This document shows, one piece after another, positions 1 through 10,619 of a stretch of 64,000 nt of DNA; within the stretch, counting starts at the first letter, position 1, and every line of letters begins with the position of its first letter. A program made the position numbers and the translations under genes. The notes beneath the pieces were generated by a model. That model worked only from the letters and a program-made list of their open reading frames with translations. It made no database searches and had not been told where the DNA came from. The stretch covers positions 14,880,001-14,944,000 of the forward strand of contig NC_086111.1 of the NCBI RefSeq assembly GCF_963921235.1, given 5' to 3'. This DNA is from Mobula hypostoma (taxonomy: Eukaryota).

Positions 1-351
1 TTTTAGCCTCATCCTCTAGTGCAATCTGCATCCTAGATCTGTTCTCCAGGTAAATAAGCAATTATTTAATAATTTTACCACTTTTCAATCTCTGCTTTTT
101 ATTTGCAAGGTTCATGTCCCTCTCTAAGGGGATCAACACATACCTCATGTATGTATGGATTTGCACTGTTAGGACCATCATTATGTGTATTTACAATTTG
201 ATTCTTGCTGAAATAGCATGGTCTCTATTAGGTTTTGCTGTAAATTCCTTGTCCTATCACAGCCAAGTGTAAGAACAGTTTAACTGTAGTTTCGTTGTTG
301 ATAAGGAAGCCTTCTGTGTTAGATCATGCTGCCTATTCCTTGCCCTGGCAG

Positions 352-540
352 ATACAACAGGCTGCTGAGCGACCAGAACGGAACTTTGTCGACAGTCGCC
401 AGCTGAAAGTTTGTGCTACCTGCTTTGACCTTTCCGTAAGCCTGCTGAGAGTTCTGGAAATGACCGTCACTCTTGTCCCCGAAATCTTTCTGAACTGGAC
501 CAGACAGTCTGCAGAACTGCTGTTGAGACGTCTTGCACAG
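352..540 (+). CDS. RNF123: RNF123 (KPC1) E3 ubiquitin ligase, internal coding exon (189 nt, phase 0/0)
   Basis: Acceptor ttccttgccctggcag and donor CAG|gtaagc. It translates to [63 protein letters not shown], nearly identical to the RNF123 C-terminal region as I recall it ([38 protein letters not shown]...). Confidence 0.95.
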
Positions 541-805
541 GTAAGCTCCAGACCTATTCCCTGTGTGTAACTTTCACCTTTGCTGGTTACTGATGTGCAT
601 TTCACTCAAAATAACTTGAAGTCTGCTTTCTCAGTTCTGTGCTTTTGGAATTGTTATGGTTTTAGTAAATCTGTTTGCCCAGAAATTATGGAACTAAGTT
701 TTGTTACAGTACATGATCCAATCATGATTTGATATTTCTGATCATTTTCAGTACCTTGGGGATTAGTTCTGTGTGTCTCTGATGGTAGACTTAACTTCCA
801 TGTCT

Positions 806-1375
806 CTTGTGAGCCAGGTAATCATTTCTGCTTAGTTTGAATCACTGTCTCCCTGGGTCTCAATATGTGGGCTTGTTACTCACCTAGACCTTATGAGCAG
901 AATATCTTTCTTCTTGTGATAAAGTTGTGCCTTAGAGTCAAATCCTGTACATAGGCTGTGATGTAGCCCATCAGCAAGATTCCTAAAGTAAATCAATGTT
1001 TTTTGCAATAATTATAAATTACAGTTATGTTTAATTGCATTCTGTACCATTTTAATACAAGGAAACAAGGGAATCTTGTACTGTGTCTTCGCGACTGGGA
1101 ATATTGTTTGCTCCAATTGTCTTTCACAGTACTTGTGGTTGTTAAACTCTTCATCTCTCTCAGGTTTTCATACTCCCTACAACCTACAGGCTTTGAAATC
1201 TTATAATCTTTTCACTTCCTCCTGATGTATCACAACTCATCTTTACTAAGCCTTTAATAGCTTATAGATATAGGTTGGGGTGTTGTTCAAAAGGACCAAG
1301 CATAATGACCATCTGTAATCTTTCAATGGGAGACAGTGATTCAAACTAAGCAGAAATGATTACCTGGCTCACAAG
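806..1375. repeat. Perfect 48-bp inverted repeat pair (806-853 / 1328-1375)
   Basis: cttgtgagccaggtaatcatttctgcttagtttgaatcactgtctccc at 806-853 is the exact reverse complement of 1328-1375. Confidence 0.95.
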
Positions 1376-1720
1376 TCTTATTGCACCTGTGCAGTACCTG
1401 TGATGGAGGTGTTCTGATACTTGAATGAATGAGAGTGTATTTGTGATCAGATGGTGCTTGCTGTACTTGTCCCTCCAGGTGGTAGATATCACAGGTATAT
1501 AAGATGCTGCTAAAGAAAGCCCTGTTTTTCCTCAGTGATGCTACACATTGCGTGACTCCAGACCCATAGTACTTCGTTGACTCCACAGTCTCCTCTGAAA
1601 TGACCAAGCAAGTCACTTGGTCATATAGAAGTTGCATGAAAAGGCACAAAAATATAAAATTGTGTGCACTACTAGCATTGAATTCAGATGCAGTCACGTC
1701 CTCTCTAACATCTGAGGACT
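1270..1720 (-). mobile_element. Highly decayed RTE-type LINE 3' fragment
   Basis: The minus strand loosely follows the RTE ORF C-terminal pattern, with many stops and frameshifts. Confidence 0.45.
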
Positions 1721-2399
1721 AGTGTACAAAAGACTTGACAATTATCATGCTCACAGAATCACATGTCAGAGTCTGCCTCAGTTCCTCTGTACAGATATGA
1801 GAGTGTGTTCCTCTGAATCTTCAGCATTAGCTCCAGGCGCCTAGACTCGTGGCATAGGTGAAATGTGAGGAAAAAGTACCACCTGCCTGCCTCCCTCAGA
1901 TGAAGAGTCAGGGCTGCTCCATGCCTGGGTCTGTTGCAGGTAGTGTTTGAATGAACACGGGCGTAGTTGGGGAGGCGGGGTGGTGGTGGCATATTTAATT
2001 TTACTGACAAATTTACCTGCAACTGACACATCTGCCTATGATTTTCATCCTTGAGAAGACAAGGTTTTGTTTTCACAATGAGGACAGCCTCAATGGTGTT
2101 TCTTAGAACTACAGTTCTGTTTAATTGTAAAGACTCAGAGCAAACCTGGCAGGTCATTTCTGGGCATCCATGAGGGCCATGGGTCATTAGAAATATAATT
2201 ATCCCACTCCTTCATTGCTGCATCTAAGTCCCAGTACCCTTATCCAAGAGCATTGTGGAGGTCCCTTCATCAGGAACTGCAGTGTTCAAGAAGGCGATTT
2301 GCCATCTTCCTGTGGGCAGTTAGAGATGGAAACTCAATTGTGGCCTTGCTGCCATATCCATATCTTGAAAAATCATTTCTCGGGCTAAGAAGGGTGGCA

Positions 2400-2560
2400 G
2401 TTCAATGCCGCCACTATCTGTAAGGAGTTTATATGTTGTCCATGTGACCATATGGGCTACCTCCTGCATTCTAAAGTCATACAGGTTAGTAGGTTAACTG
2501 GTTACATGGATGTAATTGGTGCTGTGGGCTTATTGGATCAGAAGGGCCTGTATTTCTAAA
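2400..2560 (+). mobile_element. V-SINE/HE1-like SINE remnant
   Basis: gttcaatgcc...ctgtaaggagttt...catgtgacc...ggttagtaggttaa...gaagggcctgta, the same family as the other copies in this window. Confidence 0.6.
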
Positions 2561-2929
2561 TAAAATAATTTGATCTGGGTAAAAGAAAAGTAATGGTTTT
2601 AATTAGGGAGAGGAGAAGATATCATGACAAATCAGTGGCTGAATAAACAGCAAGGTGAAATTGTATTTGCAAAGGATTTGGGTGAGTTATTTTGCAAGCA
2701 CCTGCACTGAAAGTTGGATTTGTTTGGAGAGGGGGAGTAAGACAGGTGAGTGGAAAAAAAATACTGGATTCTGCCTTGTTCGTGAAGTCTAACAAGTGAT
2801 AGTCTGAATCGAAAGGCAATGAAAAACGGCATGGTTTTTTTGCGGAGGGGGATTTATAAAGAAAGACAGCAATGAACACAAAAGAAACACACAAAATGCT
2901 GGAGGAAATCAGCAGGTCAGGCAGCAGTT

Positions 2930-5015
2930 ATGAAAAAGAACCTGAAGGACTTGGTGGACTTAACTCTCAAGCATGCAGGTGCAGCACCTTTAAACAGAAG
3001 ACTCTGTTTATTGTCATGGCCGGAAGAGAGGGAGGAGGGGAGGACTCCAAGCCAGACCAAAAGGCCAAGGAATGAAACTTCCTCTACCGAGCAGCTTATT
3101 AGCAAATGTACAGTTGCTGGTGAACAAGACTGAGGACCTAAGGACAAGGTTGCTGTACGGGTGAGAAATGAGGAATTGCTGCTTTCAGCTTTTCATGGAG
3201 GTATGGCTCACTCTAGACAGGTTGGATACGTTGGTAAGACTGAAGTCTTCTCAATACACAGGATGGACTGGACTGCTGATTCAGAGAAGGCAAAAGGGTT
3301 GGAGGGAAGGGTCTGTGTTTCACAATAAGCTCCTTGTGGTGCTTGGATATAGTGGGTTTGTCACTCTGTTGCTCCCCCTGACCTGGAACATTTAACACTT
3401 AAATGTTGACTATTCTACTTACCTAGAGAGGTTTCCTCTGTGATTCTGACCACAGTTTACATACTGCCGAAAGCCGACATTAATCAGGCACTCGATATTG
3501 AATGCTGCCATCGCTAAACAAAAAACAGCCTACCACAACATCTTTCAAATGATTGTCGGGAACTTCATTCAGGTTTGCCTGAAGAAATCTCTGCCCAATT
3601 ATCATCATCATATCACCTGCAGCATCAGAGGTCCCAACACACTTGACCACTGCTGTTCTACAATTAGGAATGCCTACCATTCCATCCCAGATTTGGGAAA
3701 TCTGATCACTTGGCTGTCTCTCACCTACTTGCTTACAGGCAGAGACTAAAGAGCAAGGTTCCAGAGATGAGGTAACAACAAAGAGGTGGTTTCGGGAGAC
3801 AGAGGAGTGGCTACAGGATTGCTTTGGGTTGGTAAGCCGCGCTGTGTTCAAGTATTCATCAGAGAATCTGAATGAACAAGCCACAGTTGTCAAGGACTTT
3901 AAACAGCTATGGATGAGTGTGTTCAGATTGGCAAAAACATCTCTACAATCTCCATCAGGACAGGTGCACTATGAGACTGTGTGCTTAGCCCCCATGCTGT
4001 ACTTTCTTTATACTTGTGACTGTGAGGCTAAGCACATCTCCAATACCATATTTAATTGTGCTGAATCAACAGTGATGATGAATCAGCATACAGGAGGGAG
4101 ATTGAAAATCTGGCTGAGGAGCCACAACAACCACCTCTCACTCAATGTCCGCAAGACCAAGGAGCTGATTATTGATTTCAGGAAGAGGAAACTGGACGTC
4201 CATGAGCTGGTCCTTATTGTGGGGTTAGAGGTGGAGAGGGTCAGCAATTTTAAATTCTCTGATGTTATCATTTCAGAGGATCTGTTCTGGGCTCAGCACA
4301 TAAGTGCTATTATGAAGAAAGTGCTGGCAGCAGCTCTAGTTCCTTAAAAGCTTGCAAAGATTCAGCATGACATCTAAAACTTTGGCAAACTTCTATAGAT
4401 GTGTAGTGGAGAGTATATTATCTGGTTGCATCATGACCTGATATGGAAATGCCAATGCCCTTGAATGGAAAGTCCTAGAAAAAGTAATGGATACAGCTCA
4501 GTTCATCACGAGTAAAGCCCTCCCCATGACTGAGCACATCTACATGAAGGAAAACAGCATCCATCATCAAGGACCCCACCATCTAGGCCATGCTCTCTTC
4601 TCAGTGCTGCCATCAGCAAGAAAGGTACAGGAGCTTCACGATCCACACCATCAAGTCCAGGAACAGTTATTACCCCTCAACCATTAGGCTGTTGAACCAG
4701 AGGGGAGAACTTCATTCAACCACTCACTCCATCACTGATCTGTTCCCACAACCTATGGACTCACTTTTAAGGATTCTTCATCTCATGTTCTCAATATTTA
4801 TTGTTTTTTTGAATTATTATCTCTATTGTTTTTTTCTTTTTTGTATTTGCACAATTTGTTGCCTTTTGCACATTGGTTGTTCGTCTGTCCCAGTGGGCGT
4901 GGTCATTCGTTGATTCTTGGATTTACTGCATGTGCTCGCAGTATCACAAACCTCAGGGTTATATATGGTGACATATATGTCCTTTGATAATAAATTTACT
5001 TTGAATTTTGACCTT
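2930..5015 (+). mobile_element. Rex/Babar-like LINE, decayed and internally deleted (endonuclease remnant, RT C-terminus and 3' UTR)
   Basis: Endonuclease-like FMEVWL and IVGNF motifs, then LSLNVRKTKELIIDFRK, FYRCVVESIL and SYYPSTIRLLN. It ends aataaatttactttgaattttga. Confidence 0.8.
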
Positions 5016-5019
5016 TGAA

Positions 5020-5345
5020 TGAACAGACAACATTTCAGCAGGTGAAAACCCTTCACCGGAACTGGAAAGGTTTGGGGAAGAAGCCAGAATAAGAAGATGG
5101 TGGGAGGGGAAGGAGTACAAGTTAGCAGCTGATAGGTGAGACCAGGTCAGGGGGAAGTTGGGTGGGTGGGGGATGAGGTATGAAGTGATGGGTGGAAGAG
5201 GTAAAAGGCTGAAGAAAGAATCTGATAGGAGAGTGGACCATGGGAGAAAGGGAAGGAGGGCACCAGAGGGAGTTGATTGGCAGGTAAGGAGAATAAAAGG
5301 GTAAGAGGAAGAAGAGAGAGCACATGCTGATTTGAAATATGAGGC
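5020..5345 (-). mobile_element. Penelope-like 3' terminal fragment (degenerate)
   Basis: Purine-rich tract homologous to 18922-19440 and 60476-60850, with a decayed hammerhead region near 5030-5062. Confidence 0.65.
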
Positions 5346-5521
5346 CATCAGAATAAGAATGATTCAGTACAGAGAGTGAAAAAGGAAATTAAGGACAAGT
5401 TATCCTTGATGTTACGATGCATATCACTCAACATCTACCATTCTTCTGTCGTCTCTTTCGGAGCCTCTAGCTGGATTGCTTAGTCAGAGCTGATGTTGGA
5501 GCCTTTGTTGTTTGTGATGAG

Positions 5522-6505
5522 CACTCAATATCCACTTTATTAGGTACATCTGTACACCTGCTCCTTGATGCAAATATCTAATCAGCCAGTCATGTGGTAT
5601 CAACTCAATGCATAAAAGCATGTGGATATTGTCAAGAGGTTCAATTGTTGTTCAGACCAAACGTCAGAATGCGGAAGAAATGTGGTTTACTTGACTTTGA
5701 CCGTGAAATGATTGTTGGTGCCAAATGGGGTTTGAGCATCTCAGAAACTGCTGATCTCCAGGGATTTTCACACACCACAGTCTCTAGAATTTACAGAGAA
5801 TGGTGTGAAAAACAAAAACCATCCAATGAGCAATAGTTCTATGGGTGAACTTATTTGTAAGGCCAGTGAAGTTGGGATGGAACTGGCCTCTCTGACGGTG
5901 GTGTCTGAAAAGAGGATGCTGTCTAAGTTGCATGCCATCTTGGACAATGTCTCCCATCCACTACATAATTTACTGGCTGGGCATAGGAGTACATTCAGCC
6001 AGAGACTCATTCCACCGAGATGCAACACTGAGCGTCATAGGAAGTCATTCCTGCCTGTGGCCATCAAACTTTACAACTCCTCCCTTGGAGGGTCAGACAC
6101 CCTGAGCCAATAGGCTGGTCCTGGACTTATTTCCATCTGGTGTAACTGACATATTATTATTTAATTATTTATGGTTTTATATTGCTATATTTATACTCTA
6201 TTCTTGGTGCAGCTGTAACAAAACCCAATTTCCCTCGGGATCAATAAAGTATGACTATGACTATGACTAAAACAATTTGTTAATGAGAGAGATCAGAGGA
6301 GAATAGCCAGACAGACTCAAGCTGACAGGAAAATGACAGTATCTCAGATAACCACATGTTAAACAGTGATGTACGGAAGAGCAACTTTGAATGCACATCT
6401 CGAACCTTGAATTAGACGAGCTACAGGAACTGAAGACTACGAATATTCACTCAGTGTCCTCATTATCAGGTACTGGCAGTACCTAACTAAAGTGGCCACT
6501 GAATT
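5522..6505 (+). mobile_element. Non-autonomous Tc1 DNA transposon, interrupted by a Rex-like insertion
   Basis: TIRs cactcaatatccactttattaggtac and gtacctaactaaagtggccactga, with TA at the right flank. It carries the Tc1 transposase N-terminus MRKKCGLLDFDREMIVGAKWGLSISETADLQGFSHTTVSRIYREW. Confidence 0.85.
5848..6268 (+). mobile_element. Young Rex/Babar-like LINE, 5'-truncated copy 1
   Basis: ...SEKRMLSKLHAILDNVSHPLH...KSFLPVAIKLYN, with tail aataaagt(atgact)3. Closely matches the copies at 11167 and 30515. Confidence 0.9.
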
Positions 6506-6529
6506 TACTTTGATAATTAATTTACTTTG

Positions 6530-7400
6530 ACTTGGTCAGTACTTCAGATGTGACCTGACTAGAGTTTTATAAAGTTGCAACATAACTTCCTGACTTTTGG
6601 ACTCAATTCCTCAATTAATAAAGGCAAGCATTGCATACTTTCTCTAACACCCTAACAGACTGTGCAGCCAGTTTGAGCGATCTACGGAGTTGGACTCCAA
6701 GATTTGTCTACACATCAACACTGTCAAGGATCTTGTATTAGTAATGTACTGTCGCTTTACATTTGATCTCCCAAAGTGAATCCCTAACATTTGGCTAGAT
6801 TGAGCTCCATCTGCTACTTCTTCACCTATATCTACAACTGATCTCCAGTATAGCAATCTTCCACATGGTCCACAACACCACTAATTTTTGTATCGTCTGT
6901 GAAGACACTAATCCACCAATTTACATTTTTGTATATATTGCAAACTGCTGAAGTCCCAGTATGCATCAGTGTGGAATACCGTTAGTCATAGACCTCCAGC
7001 CAGAATAAGTTCCATTGACTACTGTCCTCTACCTTCTATTGACTAGCCAATTCTGAATCAGAGCAGCCAATTCACCATGGATCTTGTGAATCATGATCTC
7101 CAGGCTGAGTCTCTATTGAAGGAGTTTGTCAAGTATCTTTCTAAAATCCATGTAACAATATCATGACATCCTTGAAAATCTTATTCAAGTTAATAAGGCA
7201 CGACTTGCTAACTTCCAATGAATGACACCAAGCCATTCTGACTTTTCTGAATTAGGCCATAGTTTTCCAATTGCTCATAAATCCTATTTCTAATATGTCC
7301 TTGCAGTAGCCTCCCTACCACTGACACGAGTCTTGTCAATCTATTGTTTCTTGCAGGATTCTCCCTATTTCCCTTCTTGAAAAATGGGACAACATGCTAA
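6530..7400 (-). mobile_element. Decayed CR1 LINE RT fragment
   Basis: The minus strand carries degenerate CR1 RT motifs (atggattttagaaag...ttgacaa, gtattccacactga, IHFGRSN). Confidence 0.65.
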
Positions 7401-7806
7401 GTATAATGTTATAGCTAAAATGGTATTTTCAAACTTTTACAATATAGTTAATGCTAAATTATTAGGAGACCACATTGTAATCTGTTGCAGTGTTAAATGA
7501 GCATATGCAATTTTAATAAAGGTCACTGGAATTTGAAGTTGGAGTCAGCTTCAAATCTTAGTTCTCAAAGTCGGTAGTTTTCAGCTGTGCCTTTACTGTT
7601 TCAAGCTAGCCTGTAAAGATATCTTGGTACGGTGGTATTAAATATAAGTGCACATTTAGGGGATTACTATGGGTTTGTGTTGATTCTTGCATAATGATTG
7701 CAGAAGCAGAGCCACGAAAAAATGTTAAAAGTGATAGAAGTCACTTGACTTCATTCAATAAGGAGTTTGTTTCCTGCTAATTTGTACTCACTTGTTTCTT
7801 CCTCAG

Positions 7807-7882
7807 TTGATAAACCAAGTATTGAACCGAGTGACAGCAGAGAAGAATCTCTTTGACCGCGTGGTTAATCTGCGTTTGCCTG
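7807..7882 (+). CDS. RNF123: RNF123 coding exon (76 nt, phase 0/1)
   Basis: Branch-like ctgctaat, pyrimidine tract ttgtttcttcctcag and donor G|gtgagt. It translates to [25 protein letters not shown](G) and continues the previous exon in frame. Confidence 0.95.
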
Positions 7883-8269
7883 GTGAGTGGTATCCTCCTT
7901 GATCCTTTCTCAGAAATGCTTTTAGTAAGACCCATGAAGGATACTTATGTAGCCTGCCAACTTGTGAGCTACTTTCAAGTTGTTGGAATTGGAAGGTAAA
8001 TCTACCTTTCAAAATCTAACAACTAGTTGCATAACATATAGCATATGCTTACTCTATTTCTTCCTTGGAGCTAACCATGACTTGTTTCCAATTCAGCTGT
8101 GGGTTCTGAAGTGGTGGATGAAGCTAATGTGAGAACTGCTGTGGAACAGGAAATGCTTTGGCAGGTAGCTGAGTGCTTTGGGAGATGTTGTGTTGTTTAC
8201 TATAAAGGTTCTCAGTGCAATTTCGAATGTTTCTCCATTCTGAGCAGTCAAGCTGAAGAGGATTCCCAC

Positions 8270-8830
8270 AGGTCAGTATGGATGTCACACGTTTTCAAGG
8301 AGCCGTGAGAGTATCTTGAATTGTTTATCCACAAGGCAATCTCAGGCCATGACAGAGCTTGGAACAATGTGCCTTCCTTGCAGGTCTGGTGTGAGAATGA
8401 TGTGACCTGCCTGCTGGAGGTGACTGAGTGTAACTAGAGACCTTGTGTTGGGGATATTGGTATACAAAAGGCTGTTGAAGTTCACTTATTCTGCCAGTGG
8501 ATTCAAAGTGTTTTATAAAGGGAGTATTGGTGGTATCTCTCCAGTGCTTTGACTTGCCTGTTGTAGATATCGCTATCTCAGGAATTTACAGTACGTTGGA
8601 GCAGAGGGCAATGCTACCAAATGGATGATGAACCTTGTACCAGGTTTGAAGTCCCTGCTTTTGAATAGTCTTCTTCCCAGAAGGTTAAGGGTTGTACTAA
8701 TACACTAAAGCTGATGATCAATTTCATCTTCAATATCTGTTTTGGTTGAGAATGGTTCATGAGACTTGGAAAATGGGCCACATTTTCAACGTTTTTATTG
8801 TCAACTGAGTGATGTTCTACAGCAGGAAGG
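8270..8830 (-). mobile_element. Decayed RTE-type LINE fragment
   Basis: ENVAHFPSL on the minus strand and a decayed RTE-like C-terminal pattern. Confidence 0.5.
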
Positions 8831-9149
8831 GCATGATCCATAGGGCCATTATTTAATCAGCTATGATTTAGAGTTAAGGTTTGGAAAATGTGAGTACATA
8901 ATCGTTATGCATGCACTACACTCAATGACTGAAGTTCGGATATCCTTGTTTTGTAGTGAAGACAACACGGGTTGAACAGCTTCCCATGTGATATGTGGTT
9001 TAGCTCTTTTCCATTGAGAAACTTGTTGAGATGTGGTGCCAATTTATAGCAAAAAGGATTACTATATAGCAAAAAAAAGTTTTAGGGTAATGATGCAGTC
9101 TTGTTTGACTCTGGTCTGCACCAAAATTGTGTCTATTGTTGACGCATTA

Positions 9150-10015
9150 GTTGGAATTAGAATTAGGTTTATTATCACTGACATCAGTCATGAAGTTTGT
9201 TGTTCTGTGACAGTGCAGGCATAACAAATCACTATAAGTTACAATAAGAAAACAAATAAATTAATAGTGCAAACGAGGAATAGCAAGGTATGTTTCTGCT
9301 CCATTCAGAAAGCTGATGGCAGAGGGAAAGAAGCTCTTCATAAGTGGTGAGTGTGGGTCTTTGGCTACTGTACCTCCACCCTGATGGTATTAATGAGAAG
9401 AGCACATGTCCATATGGTGAAGGTCCAAAATGATGGATGCCACATTATTGTGGCACTGCCTTTTGAAGATGTTCTCAATGGTGGCGAGGCTAGTGCTCTT
9501 GATGGAGCTGGATGAGTCTACTACCCTCAGAAACCTCTTACAATCCTGTGCATTGGCCCCTAAATACTAGACAGTGATGCAATCAGTCAGAATTATGCCC
9601 ACGGTACATCTGCAGAAATTTGCTATAGTCTTTGGTGACATACCAAATCTCCTCAAATCCTAATGATATATAGCCACTGGTGTGCCTTTATTGCTATTGC
9701 ATCAAAATGGTGAGCCCAGGTAGACACTCTTGAGCTGTTGACACCAGGAGCTTGAAACTGCTCACCCTTTCCATCGCTGACCCCTCAATGAGAACTGGTG
9801 TGTGTTCCCCTGACTTGCCCTTCTTGACGTCCACAATCAGTTGAGTGCAGGATTGTTGGTGTGACACTATTCAACCAGCTTACCAATTTGCTTCAATATG
9901 CTTCCTCATCCCCATCTGAGATGACATGTGAGCTGTGCTTAGCCACACAGTCATGAGTGTAGAGAGAATAGAACAGTAGGCTAAGTACACATCCTTAAGG
10001 CATGCCTGTGTTAAG
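9150..10015 (-). mobile_element. Rex/Babar-like LINE 3' fragment (old)
   Basis: Reverse complement of the same RT C-terminus as 3970-5015, with a tail near 9155-9180. Confidence 0.7.
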
Positions 10016-10619
10016 ATCATGGCTTGCATGTCATTATGTAATAGCTAGAAATGGTGATGAGATTTTGCAGACAGGCAAATTTAGGAAGATGTGCCACAGT
10101 TCCTTTCCAATGGTGGATTTAAATGTTGTCAGGGCAACAAATTGGCAGGTATAGTGGTTAAAGCTGCCCTCTGCATATCTCTTGAAGCTGACACTGCAGA
10201 GAAGGTTATGTTCAATGTGACTGTGGTGTGCAGGGTCCATGCCGTACTTAGGGGAGGAGCTCCTCCAATAGGAGATGACTGAGAAAGATCCTGACCAAGG
10301 TTTACCCTGTGTCAGAGAGCAGAGAAATCTTACTGCAGTTTCCTGACTGTGACTATTTCAGAATATATAATGCATAATATAAAAATTATTGAATTATTAT
10401 GAAGTAATTGAAAAGAATATGCCTCTGAATCCAAAGCCCTGTAAATCCCTTGTATGTCTATATGATCATGGATCTGGGATGCAATTCTCCAGCTTAGTTC
10501 TGGGGAATGTTGGCTTTATCTTGGCTTGGTAGTCCAAAACTGGGTTGGAGGGGAGGGCTGGCAGGCATGCTGTAAAATTAGTCAATGAGTAAAGAAACCT
10601 CTGCATCAACTAGTGCTTG

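Noticed and set aside
1-120. Possible upstream RNF123 exon (ag|gtaaat near 50)
   Set aside because: The translation does not resemble the expected preceding RNF123 peptide.
295-570. 91-aa ORF as a stand-alone gene
   Set aside because: Only 352-540 is coding. The rest is intron read-through beyond canonical splice sites.
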